A stretch of DNA of 63,546 bases, filler included, from Sphaeroforma arctica JP610 (Eukaryota): NCBI RefSeq assembly GCF_001186125.1. It is 8 parts of 2 records of this genome, joined end to end, with 100 filler letters (N's around TTAATTAATTAA, not from the genome) between each part and the next. Parts side by side here need not be neighbours in the genome. Positions count along the whole stretch, not along the records: positions 29,324 to 39,808 come from NW_014040549.1; positions 39,909 to 53,671 come from NW_014040549.1; 6 more parts are not named here. The stretch is one strand, 5' to 3'. Positions 37,127 through 50,135 of the stretch are shown here, piece by piece; the stretch's first letter is position 1; each line of letters starts with the position of its first letter. A model generated the notes under the pieces. The model was not told the origin of the DNA. It ran no database searches and saw only the letters and a program-made list of their open reading frames with translations. The translations under genes were made by a program, and so were the position numbers.

Positions 37127-39786
37127 CTACAGGTTTACCGCAATTGTGGTGGGCTTAAACATACACGTCAAGCTGAGCGGGGCGGGTGCGTACACCGCGC
37201 CACCCTTCGTATGCATCCAAACTAGCGAGATTACTCGTCTGAACAGATGCGTGATGTACAAAGCAGAAGAATATCGTCGGGGAGGGAGGTTCTCGTTTAC
37301 GATCACACTTGCGTACGGATGCGAACACACGAGCTAACCCACACGCGCCACCAACATTGTATCCTCGGGTTCGTTATCGACTTTTTGCGCAGAACCTTCC
37401 TCCGGGACTAGGACATGCAAATTACTGTCCTAAAGATCATTAAACACCTGCACCATCCAACACGGGTCCCCTTAGACAATCTGGCGGGGCTACTATACGA
37501 CGTATGTCGGGTACAAGCATTTCGACGAGTGCGTCGCAAGCGTCAGGAAACAACTTCTGCCTTCACGTTAGCTTAATAGACAAGATTCGAACTCGCAATC
37601 TTTCCGGTTTTACGCTCGTCCCACGAATAGTCCTCAACCAGCTGTCGCATAGCGACCGCCGCCCCTGCCGACGCATGGCCCACTTTCCTGCGCCGAGGAC
37701 TAATATATATTTTTCTCTTCCGCGGCGCCACTGGCGAGCCACCTCGACCCAGGCCAATTATAGTCTCCACCCCTTGGCACAGGGACATTCGTGTCATTGA
37801 GCCACTACTACCGATTAAGCATTTGTAGCACCACAATCATGCTATTGTTCGCCCACATCAGCACCCATTCGGGGTCTCTGAGCTGATCGATGCCAATCAG
37901 CACATCACACCCCATTATTTTTTTGCGGGACCACATGGAACTGCTCTTTCGCAAGGGAAAGCTATCCTGATTCACCAGCAGGTGGGCTTCCAACCGCCTA
38001 TGCGATACCAAATGGGAAGGATCCAGGTTTCCCATACCATCCAATCCGCTCAACTGCGGCCCGTCATACGGCTCATCAGCTATCCGCCGCAGCGAATCAC
38101 TCGTAATGAGGCTATACATGCTACCAGAATCGACATTCGGCCACACTATATTTGTCGTCAGCAGCATGGGGACCCCCGTGCCCTTGTAATTGCGTCCGTT
38201 GTCTTTCCTTGACCCCTTCAGTGAGTTACACTGATCTGGCGTATGCACACTTGTCTTGCACAAGTAGCACCAAAGCTGGCACTCAGGCCCCTGACTTCTA
38301 TTACTCTCATTCTCTCTACCCCGAGACAACGAACGTGAACGGGACTGTTCGCGAGAATCGCGACTCCAGTCGACTCGCGCCTATCCCTACCTTGCCATCG
38401 GTTTCACTCGTCCTTATTAGCATCCCCTCTATCCGAGTTGTACCCTCGGTCTCCCGAATAAGGGTTCCACTCATTCCCTTAATGCCAATTGCCCCACTTC
38501 GACCTGTCGAGGTTTGCATCACAGTACAGAATCACTACCGCCATAGAGCCTTAGTCACGCGCTGATTCCACTCTCCGTGTCCTTGTGGCGAAGGCGGGAG
38601 CTGCACCCCACCACGAAGCAGACACTTCTTGCTTTTCTGGATCGTATACACATACGCTCTCCGCTTAGCCGATGTCCAACATTTAAAAGCAGCTGGGTAC
38701 CGATACCCTTTGGACAAGGCGTGTCAAACGGGTTCAAGTTCGGCTTTGCCCTATCACCTTTCAGCTGCTGCTGCTGCTACGGCTGACGGCTACCGCCTGT
38801 CAAACCCTGCGCACCCGAGCCAGGGTACGTCAGGATTATTCCATTGCATTGTACGTATATATTACGTGGCAATATCAAAACTTATAGATCGTCCTCAATA
38901 CCGTATAGGCAACGTTGCCGGTTGGAGGATATTCAAGGACATTGTTCAAGAATTTTAGTACAATCTCACGCTGGGAGAGAAGGCAGCGCTCAATCTTCCC
39001 ATCCAATATTGCCAAGATAGTATGGTTTTGCTCGCGACAGTTGGCGTACCGCGTGCAAAAACGATTTACTTCCGCCGCAAGAAAGTCCCGCGCCGCCGCT
39101 CCAGCAATCTCCGCTGCTCTTAAGTCAACCACTTTCGTCTTTACTACCTCCACTACTGGTTTAACCACCTCAGCCCCTCCCAAGTTAGACAAATATTGAG
39201 CACGTAAAACCTGCTCCAACTGACGCATAGTCGCCGTCTTCTTCACTGCCCATGCCACCCGCTTCGCCTCCTTCCTCTTCTCTGCCACGGTCTTCGGTCC
39301 TCTTTTCTTCAGGCCCTGCATCTCCACAACATCGTCACTAGTCTCACTAACTGCCCTGGCCATGCCCCCACCTACCATAGATGGCTGGGTTTCCTTGCGG
39401 CTTATATAACTCCACAACTGGAGTTATATCCTGGTAAGCCGTTAAACGCTCCTGCATTGCCAACATGTACTCAGCTGCAGGTGCTGCAAGTTCCGTATCC
39501 ACAGCCTCATCACTAGTCTCACTAACTACCCTGGCCACGCCCCCACCTACCACAGATGGCTGGGTTTCCTGCGGCTCATCTAACTCCACAACTGGAGTTC
39601 TATACTGATAAGCCGTTAAACGCTTATGCATTGCCAACATGTACTCAGCTACAGACGCTGAAAGTTCCGTCTCCACAGGCTCATCAGTAGTCTCACTAAC
39701 TACCCTGGACATGCCTCCACCTACCACAGATGGCTGGGTTTCTTCCGGCTCATTTCTAACTCCACTACTGGAGTTATATCCTGGTA
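37127..39786 (-). mobile_element. Family C degenerate retroelement (gag with CCHC, aspartic protease, possible RT trace)
   Basis: CYLCKTSVHTPDQC (CX2CX4HX4C), VDSGSMYSLI and DVLIGID in ORF 37808-38329. Downstream similarity is weak. Confidence 0.7.
39330..39786 (-). repeat. About 174-bp tandem repeat (about 2.6 copies) encoding a 58-aa unit
   Basis: ETQPSVVGGG..RVVSET.DE recurs three times in minus-strand translations. Confidence 0.88.
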
Positions 39787-40977
39787 AGAACGCACTGAGT
39801 CGGAGACANNNNNNNNNNNNNNNNNNNNNNNNNNNNNNNNNNNNNNNNNNNNTTAATTAATTAANNNNNNNNNNNNNNNNNNNNNNNNNNNNNNNNNNNN
39901 NNNNNNNNGTTCTCCGACTAGTGCGTTCTATATATATATATATACATATTACGACTAAGCTGACTTTGTCATTCTGAAAGCCTATGGTGGTGGGTTTATG
40001 CAAATTAATACTTCTCTCTTCGACCGTATACCAATAACCTCTGTGTAGTCCTGTCAGTACATCTGCTCAGAGGAAATTCTTGCTATATATTTTCCATGTG
40101 TATCCAGATATCAATATTCATCGAAATGACTAGCCTATTTTGTCAACCGCAACAATACTAATTTTCCTATCAAGGAACTTGAGTCACGAACAGGTCATAA
40201 CTGTATTGTACCGCCAACTAAGAAAATATCAGATATCGACCTGCGGCGGGAAGTTAGTCAGTAGCATACAGCCCGTGTTTAATTCAAAGCGTTGACAGAA
40301 GTGGTCCTAAATACGTTTATCACGCTCGAAAGTCACATCGCACAGCAATAAACGGTCTTAGCGAAGCGCTGCTGTAAAAATACTGGCTGAACGACGAATG
40401 GCGCAAGGCGATCCATAGTAGTCCGCCCACATTTCTGATTGCCGCTCTAGCAAATGTAGTAAGAAGCGACAGACCAGAAAGCTCTTCCGTGGGTTTGTCG
40501 CCAAGCCAATTGCTATTAACACTGGCACACTACGAAGCTCATTTTCCATTCTGGGCATATTTCCACCGCGTATATTATTGCCATCTCATCTCGCAACAAA
40601 TCTATTGTTATACACGCGTGATATTGTCAGTGCCTATCACCACCCACAACTTCACTAACAATATCAGCATAATTCTATATGGACCTGTTCCCCTTGCCTT
40701 ACGTGGCCCATTCAGTTGCACATATGATTACATTGCACACAAACTGGGAATTGATTCCCTTCTAATAGATTCAAATATCGTTCTAACACCTCATCCTTTA
40801 GCACTCTAGCTAATGAAGTACGAGCTCCGCAGAGTACAGTCATGTGAATACATAATATCATTCTTGTCGACAACCACTATTTTTAATTTATAAATGCCAT
40901 GCAGCACGAAGTGTATTTACCGGGGTAGTAAATATTTACATATTGTTTGTTCAGACCTAACATAAAAACAAAAAAAA

Positions 40978-41049
40978 TTGCCCATCGGGGAATCGAACCC
41001 CGCCCTCATGCGTGAAAAGCATATATCCTAGCCGATAGACGAATGGGCG
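40978..41049 (-). tRNA. trnE-UUC: tRNA-Glu (TTC), atypical
   Basis: Cloverleaf GCCCAT/ATGGGC, anticodon arm TATGC-TTTTCAC-GCATG, T arm CGGGG-TTCGATT-CCCCG; followed by an oligo-T Pol III terminator. Confidence 0.85.
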
Positions 41050-41991
41050 ATGTTTCATGTTCGATATTTGCGTATATATATATTGTGATTTCAACTAATT
41101 GATGCACACTGTAAGTTATTTTTGAAAATATATCGCTTGGACGAGCACATAGCCTTCTGTTTCAGAAGGCTATTTATGGGACGAGCCACATTTTTACATT
41201 ATCTCGTGCACATACAATTTAGAGAGATCAATTTAGAGAGATACTTATATTTTTTTCAACACAGTACAAATTTGAACAGCTTTTGGCAGTCAATCTCTTG
41301 TCATAACGCCGCTTATCTGAGACATTTTAACTAACAAATTTTGACTTCGGACCACTTGCCAATTTCTCTACCGCAATTTTTGGGTTGTATTTTATAATTT
41401 TTTTTGAATGGTATAAATGGGAACATTCAGAACTTTTTGAATGTTCGCGTATGTATTTGCTATACTCTCTATGCATACTTTAGATCATTCTCCGAATGGG
41501 GAAAAAAAGGAAAAAAGGAAAAGAGGAAACCTGCCTTATTAAGCCATACAAATCAAATTCATCGTTCCTTCCCGAACCTTGCGTAGTTCTAAAGGGTTAC
41601 CAGGCTTCCAATTTAATATCAATGCTTTAATATCAATATTTCAATACAACGATAAGGATATACGCGACTTCAGAAACGACTTCGAGTGGTCATTTATGCA
41701 AACCTCTGGATATAATTTACACCTAAACAGTAATAAAAAAATGAAGTCCTGGTATAATGATGAGTGACAAAACCGATTGAACTTGCTTGGTTCCTGTCGT
41801 TTTTTAACCTTCAAAAATACCCTATATGCCCTTTCTCGACAAATTTGAACAGCTCCTATGTATTTCCCCATTCAAATTGCGCCTCCCTGTATTTGTCGCG
41901 AAAGATATGCTTCGTGATATTGGCAGTATAATTTATGAATCTAGTAGCAGTGAAAGAAATAATCATATTCGACATATATTATGTCTCGTAT

Positions 41992-42063
41992 AGCCCATTC
42001 GTCTATCGGCTAGGATATATGCTTTTCACGCATGAGGGCGGGGTTCGATTCCCCGATGGGCAA
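41992..42063 (+). tRNA. trnE-UUC: tRNA-Glu (TTC), atypical, second copy
   Basis: 70-nt body identical to the minus-strand copy; TTTT shortly downstream. Confidence 0.85.
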
Positions 42064-42280
42064 GTATTTTATGCTTGGCTATTTGAACAAGTTAGACGAC
42101 ACATTTTCGAGCCTTGATTTGCCCCGATGGACTGTGGCCATATTCAATTTCCTAATTTCCCAATTCTTTAAGGCCAATTTCGAGGAACGGGTGACCATAT
42201 CCTATTTAACTCCGTTCTTGAGGTGTAGTACAAGCAGAGATCAAGTAATCAAAAGCGGACTCTGTTCATGATATAAAACA

Positions 42281-42368
42281 AGTCCATCGGGGCAAATCAA
42301 GGCTCGAAAATGTGTCGTCTAATTTGTTCAGACAGCCAAACATAAAATATTTGCCCATCGGGGAATCT
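42281..42368 (-). repeat. Inverted duplication of the tRNA 3' end plus flank (of about 42046-42134)
   Basis: Reverse complement of GATTCCCCGATGGGCAA...GCCTTGATTTGCCCCGATGGACT. Confidence 0.85.
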
Positions 42369-42675
42369 GAATAGCTATAGCTATATATATATATATGTTT
42401 CAAATTAAAATAGGCGCTACAGTCGCCACCTCCATCATTGCACGTGTCGCTCACGACCACAAAAAAAGTTATGATTGGTCGCGACAACGACACTACTTTA
42501 TTGAATGAACTCTCACTCTCATAGTGTCCGAGAAGCCCCCCAAAACCGATATATTCAGCTTCAGCCTTCAGATCGTTGTCCATGCTGGCACGGGCATGGC
42601 ATAGTATGTTTACTTGACCAGCTTAAATAGCATCTTACATGCTCATGAACTGCCAAATCGGACCCATATACAGCA

Positions 42676-45600
42676 CTATTCGAGCGCACTTAGAATCAGA
42701 TACACAGCCCAGGCTCCGGGGTCAGGAATACCCTTGAGATCGTGTGTGTCTCCCAAGTACGCGGCCCGACCATCGGTAGCGGTTGACATTTCTTTTGTCG
42801 ATTCCGCTCCAGCTTTTGCTGCCTGTAAGTGTGCGCGTGCGGATTACGCAAATATTGGGGTTGAAAACTTGTGTGGTATTGGCTGAAGGGTATGGGCTCT
42901 CATAGTGAATAGCGCAGAAGTGATGAACCGCATGTCCTTTTTAGAATTGAGCATACGGTGCTGTGAGATTTAGATGTTATACAAATGTGATCATAGATGA
43001 AAACATGATCCTCTCCACACATGTATACTCATCCACTTTTTTCAGCTAGCATTAACCGTGATACAACAAGCACATGTTCACCGCAGAGGCACCACACCAC
43101 TCGTGCACTATCTCCATATTCAAAACTGCATGCAAGATGTATTATTCACGAACCTTAGCCATGCCATTGATTCCTTCCGAAGCGGCCTCAGACGCAGGGA
43201 CGAGGGCATCCACCAGTGTGCGAGACCCCACCTTTGCCCGACCGTGTTTTGTGATGCTATCGCAACCAGCTGCGAAATAGGAATATATACTTGTCAATAC
43301 AAATGGTTGGATATGATACAAGCATACACTTTATTGTTTAACTGTATTTAGCTACATTGTTCTGGGATTGTCATGTTTTAATCCCAAAAAATATCAATAC
43401 ACCAAATTTAACGAAGATAGACATCACAACCACCGTACATCCATTGTGCGCGTCCTAAATTCGACTGGCTAAAATGACATCCCTGCAATTTCACTTACAC
43501 AATACAAACCTCAAGTGTCCTAAGATCATGCTTGTGAGCGGTGAGAACGCATATAAACTATGTTCTAAAACGATACCTAGAAGATAGCGTGAACATGAAT
43601 ACCTTGAAACCCTGTGGCGAGTGCACCATCCGATCCATTCTCCTGAATAGCTGCAGCAGCAGCACTGAAGAAAATAGCAGACAGCACTCCAATCGTACCA
43701 CCCACAGATCGACTTATGGTTGTTGCTACACCCTGATTACGTTGCCAAAGTGAATGAGTACACTATAGCCTTTCGCGTACTTATAAAGCTTTTATAAGAA
43801 TTAACTGATACAAGGATAGCGGTATATATTGTACAAAAATACAAATATTTGTAGCTCAATGCAGTTTCTTGATACGAACTGGATTGCATTTGCATTGGAT
43901 GTTTTATGTATATACATGCAGACGTACTATCTATATGAAGTGGTCAAAATTCACGCCGGCTCTTGTGTGTGAAGTGCTGTAGAATAACTTTAACTTGGCA
44001 TGGAATTAGCAGAAACAAACTGTCATGCCATCATATAGCAAATGTAAATTCATTGCATGTAATATATTCATAATATTACATATAATTGTATTGAAGTAGA
44101 ACGCAATGTATTAAAAAAAAACAAACTATACATATACATACATACACGCCAGAATACCAATATTCACTACATACGTTACACAAAGCCGCCGGACCGTCCA
44201 AATACGAGTCCAAATCCTTGAGAACTGCTTTTGCACCTTTGCTGATACTTTCGCCACAATCTCCATCTCCGCACTGTCGAAGTGATAACACATGTGTGAG
44301 AACGTTTGCCAGTTAACAAGCTCCTGATACAGTCTTCGAAACATATTTTACCTGACTAGTAACATTAAAATTATGGATTGTTAAATTAGGATTTGTGTGC
44401 CACTATCATCACGTGATGTCGATCGGGAGATATGGTGTAATAGCTGGGGAGGAAAAGTCAGCAAAATATCCATGACACAAGTCAAATAGGCTCGTTACGA
44501 CCAAAGAAAAAACGAAGCACATACCATTCCAGACACACTGCGACGCGAGTTTTCGCCACTTGCATCTGATCCGAAAGTCACTAACAGAGACCCAAAAACT
44601 AATTACATTTGTCCATAATTTGAGCATTACCAACACACTGGCTCCCTTTGCGTGTTTCACCTAACATTCATCTAGTGCGAAAGTCGATAAGAGGGGCCTA
44701 GAGTCTAATTACATCTGACAACAATTTAAAGTACATAAATATATGTATATATAAATATATATAACTGCAAATTTTTAAAGGTATTTATGTGCACTTACGA
44801 TTGTATCCCACTTTGTGAGCTGGGCCTCGTTCTCGATCAAGCTGTGCATAGCACGCTCTATCTTCGCCTTAATGTCGCTGTTGAGCTTATCTGCTGACGA
44901 ATTCTCCGCCGCAAACTCGGACGCCTTGTGTTCGTGCAGTGCCTTCGCGTTGGAGCTTTGGAATTTCTTATACTGTCGGACTGTGCGTAGCGCAAAATAA
45001 TTAATTTCGGTAACGAATCGGAATGTTATAGTAGATATATATATATAACATTTAAGCACCCAAAATAACCTTACCCTTTTTCGGGGTTGACTGATTCTGC
45101 CGTCACACAAGTCCAGCTTAATGTCTAATGTGCTCAAAACTATGAGAGGACAACAAGTCCGGCATATTTGTTTAGTGATTTGTCTGTCATAGCTACATGA
45201 TATACAGACGTACCACCAAATACATAAGTGCTAACTAAATAGAAGTACACACACGAGCTATCCACTCCTTGACTTAGCTTCAAGTGCTTGCGCTCGCAGA
45301 GCGAGTTGATACAGAAGATACACCTATCGAGACAAGCAACTAGCACGGCCTCTACCATTTGTGACAACTGGGAAAAAAAACACTCGGGGAGTTCACCTAG
45401 CTTTAGATACACACATACCATTGGATGTGAACAGATACAAACAATATTAGACATACCAGGTACCCATCCAACGGCATTCGTTTCAGCTTCTAGCGCTTTC
45501 GTCCACGTGGGATCACAGATACGCAGTAAACTGATACTAAAGCCACACATATCCAGACTGGTGACTAGCGCACCCTCTACCACGTGACTGACAGAAATAG

Positions 45601-48600
45601 AGGCGTCCGTTAGCTGCCTCGATACCTCACCGAAAAGATATGTCATCTCTACGCGCGACACTGACCCCAAATTGTTGATCAGCAGGCAGAAATCCTAAGA
45701 ATAGTGAAGGTATGTACACACGTTATCTTGATCGCAAATCATTAACTCGGGAGTTTGAATTTAGAACACAATTTCAAAAGAGACTCACACATCTAAATAA
45801 ATCACAAAATACTATTTAGATTTAACAGACGTACAAATTTAGTAGTACAACTCAGCAGAGAAAACGAACTCAATTACAGATTGTTAATCCATACCAATAA
45901 AGACCGTAAAGAAAATCCCAGATGATATGGCTTGTAAATATATAGTGGTAATTATGAAGAATATGCTAATTATTATTCCTCAATACTTCAGCAGCCTCGC
46001 TACACCGCTCACTAATTCCTTTGCTGTAGCTCAAAGTACCACAACATAACATATCGTAATAAAATATAGAACAACAAACAGACACAAGCGGACATCGACA
46101 CCACACATACCAAAAATAAAACGTACATACGCCGCCAAGTAACATGGGAATGAGCAAAGAACACCGTCAGTACCATGCTTCTTGACCACCTTTTTCAGTA
46201 GCGACTGGAGCAGACCAGATCAAAATCTGGATCTCGTGTTCAGCATAGGGATAAACAATCAAAGGTACTATCATAATTGGGGTTTGACTACCGACCCATG
46301 TTCACAAACGTACATGTATAAGCGTATCCGCAACGAAACAACATACGTCCTTGCTATCGCCTACTACTTTCAATAGCGGCGTCAGCATACGCGCCACTAT
46401 ATCCTTGGCTGATTCTAAATCGACTGTCTCTCTCCCGGCTTCGCCATGAATACCAAGACCTACAACAAGAAATCAATTCCAATAAGGGACATAGATTTTG
46501 TGTAAATATACACGCACAATTTACGTTCGTGTCTCGCAGTCTAGGCTAACATTCATATACTGGACGTTCATAAAATACAACATACCAACCCAACTATTTG
46601 ATGCAATATATTGAGGCATGTTCAAACACATAATCGATCGGAACTACGAAGCAAAACGTTAAACAATATTACATTTACTAATATGTGCATGAATACCTAC
46701 CGAGTTCGTACACATTGCCATCTAAGCGTTCGTCTCTTGTATCACGCCCAGGGATGGTGCAGGTGGTTAAGGCAGCACCAATGGACCGAACTGAATTGGC
46801 AGCTTTTTCCGCATTCGCTTTCACTTCATCGAGAGAAGCTGTCACAGGTGTACAATGAATTTTCGCGTGAAAAAGTGTTGCAGTTCTAAACATCAACTAC
46901 AAACGCATCTCATATAAGATGACTGGATGGCCGGGAGCGACCTACCAAAGTTGTGTACGTGTGAGCGATGCACAATGACTACAGTCGATACGATTATGAG
47001 CGACGATGGACATAATTAATAACCACAGTCGGTAGCGCTGGGTCTGACCACAGATGACTTCCTTCAGATACAGCTACATACTCGCGTCCATAAGTCATAC
47101 CAACAACCACAGGCCTATCACATATGATCGACAAATTATAAGTTCACACTACAACCTTACTAGTTCGACATCATTTAGATAGGCATACATATAAAAAACA
47201 GGTACATTCGTACATCCATACCTCCTGTGGCTGCGTAGTAGGATGCCACCTTGTGCACCAAACATGTGCCAGCGATACCACGTGGTTGCGGCACACCGTC
47301 TAACGCCACATCGTCTTCAACAGTCACCACCTGCGCAAAGTGGTCAGTTAAGTTATCAACCTGGTACATAATATATAAGTGCAGTGAACTAGAGCGGAAC
47401 ACTGTACTGGTGTGTATCACTATTACACAACAGCTATTAAAAGACTCAGCATTTTGATGTTCTGTTTATTTGATTGAAATATTCGTTACATGCTTGTATT
47501 TCAACTCTTTTTCTTTCCTGTCAATCTGGCGTACACTGTAGGCATACATACGAACCCTACTCTACACATGGGGTCAAGAAAAAAACAAAACAAGATGGAC
47601 TATTGCCAATAAAAGCATAAGATAAGCCTGCCCTTATTTTTAGTGCGGAATCGTACTGATTAAACATCTGAAGCACGTAGGATATGCTAGCATCGCATCG
47701 AAGTGAGACACGCCTTTTTACACGATTCCTGCCCTATATAGCAACAAGTTTAATTTAACCGATACTAATATTTCTGCACACACCTCTACTTTTTTCTGGT
47801 ATAAAGCACGGGCTCGCTCAGCGGCCAAACCAAAGTTCAGACGGTCGCCAGTGTAGTTCTTGACAATCAGCAAGCACCCTGATTTTATGTGATTTATTGA
47901 ATATACACGCACCTAATTAGCCTATAACCATGCAACTCTAATTTTCTGTAGTGTCGATTAACTGACCTGCAAACGCCATACATATGAAATACGTTTGGAA
48001 AGTTCTGCTCCGGAATTTTACAACCAGCTTGTAATTAAAATGGGACGTATATGTACAAAAATGTCTTTGTTATCAATTTGTGCACCTTGAGTTCATTACA
48101 ACCAGCACGCACACACATGCACACATGGAATGCCATAACAAAGAAATTGCAATAAATCCTGCACATGCAGATCGAGGGTCTCATTTTCGATAGGTATATA
48201 CTGAAGCGCATGTGGTGGTGACGTAAACAGAATTTTCATTAGCGTGCTATCACTTGTGAGGTTTGGATATACTCTGTCAGACCTGTGGCCATAGATTGAC
48301 AATCAGCACGTATATTTTGATAGACGCAAGAACGTACATCAATATTCGTCTCTATTCTTGGGTATACATCAAGATGCTCATTTTGTACCTCGCCAGTACA
48401 CATGGAAACTAATTGACTTGTACGTCGACTTCATCTGCAACCATTTGGAAAATCAACTGCAAGACTGCTAACACGTTTGTATGCGAAAGCATAATCGAGC
48501 ACAAATACAGTATCTTCAACTGTACACATTGAATTCGTATACATCATCACTCTGGTACGGATATTTGCTTTGCCACTCTATCACACCAATAATATTTTCA

Positions 48601-50135
48601 TGAGCAATACACATTCGATGAGACTTGTGCATACATACATTCGCACTAGTGTATGACAATACATACCTCCCTCCCCAGTCACCGCCAATATGGCCTGTAA
48701 CACAGCCTCCACAGTCGGCGATGCAAAGACTGTGAGCATAGATGAAAGAGCGGTTGTCAGAAAGTGTAGGTACAGAATTCATTTAGTCCACGGATAAAAA
48801 CAAATTTAAGAAATCGCTCGATGCAATACCCTTAAGGAGTGTAAAGGTAATGACTATCTCAGTACATATACCGGTTATACACGTATGATATGTAGGAAAT
48901 TATCGAATCATTTGATTGTCCACCTTCGTGTTGGTTTAGTGTTCTATGATAAAAATCTAATGATCGATGCTAGCATGAGTGATGATATACTTTATCCTTT
49001 GACTTTCTCATCGCAGCACCCCACCGTTCTATCGAAATCGAGCATATTCATAGACAAAAAAAACATCATTCAAGTTCATAAACTCGAGGGTTTCCAGAGC
49101 TGATGTTGTGGTTTTGCGACACTACTGTCAGTTATTCCCGTACTACGAAATATATATGGAGAGAATGAAAATATACAAGTAATGTCAATATATTGTGCCA
49201 AACATACATTATTCATCATCCGACAATGTAAAGAATCGACTGAATCAAGCTTGAACCACCACAGGGGCTCACTTAATTGTTCCCCACACAGATGTAACTC
49301 TCTCCACTTCTCCCCACACAGGTATGAGTCGCCGCAGCCAACTGAGACTACAATCACACTTCACCAGATATACCCACGAGACAACCCTGAACCACGGTTG
49401 CCACAATGTGCCAATAACCTTCCAACTATACAAGTGGGAATATACTCGAATGATACAAAGTGAAACAGACCGTCGCCGCATACAGCCGCGGTGAGGAGAG
49501 ATGTGCCAACAAAGCCGGCGTGCGCAGGTTCGTGCCCTGATCCTCCACCGGAGATGATTGAGACCTTTCCGCAGTCTATTACCTCCTTCTGATAGTCACT
49601 CCTGAAGATGTGAATATACATACGCATGTGTTATTTGCAATATATGTATATAAATATTGCTCGCAGGTACACATACAAACTGCACGTATCACACACAAAT
49701 AAACACAGTGCTGCAGTCACACAAGAATATCCACACAGATGTAGCCGCACGTGTACGGTCTGTAGGTGTTTTGCAACAGTACGCACAAATTGATATGTCG
49801 TATACAATACGCTCAAAACTATCGCATCATTTGCTATATTCGAAGGATACCTCGAGACCACCTTACAGCTGCACTACAATGTATAAAAGTCATCTACCTA
49901 TATTCGAGGTTATATGATCCTAATCATATCTCTATTAAAAGTAGAATGGTACTATAGATCTATTGGCATCATTTTTAGTCATAGCATCAACGAAATACCT
50001 TAAAACAACCCTTACAGCCTGTTCATAACCAGCTAAGCGTGTCAACTGGCCGCTCGAAAGTTCTATGAGTCCATCAATAGCGCCTTCCACCAGTTCCTGT
50101 CCTGGTGCATTCACAAACGACTTTGCTAAAGACAT
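42676..50135 (-). CDS. TKFC: Dihydroxyacetone kinase / triokinase-FMN cyclase (DAK1+DAK2 domains), about 13 exons
   Basis: Exons encode [107 protein letters not shown] and GRAAY...PDPGA..ALE*, with GT-AG introns. Confidence 0.95.

Noticed and set aside
39787..39929. Inverted repeat AGAACGCACTGAGTCGGAGAC / TCTCCGACTAGTGCGTTCT either side of a gap
   Set aside because: CTGAGTCGGAGACA is the reverse complement of the end of the 454/Ion adaptor A (GTGTCTCCGACTCAG); untrimmed adaptor at contig ends.
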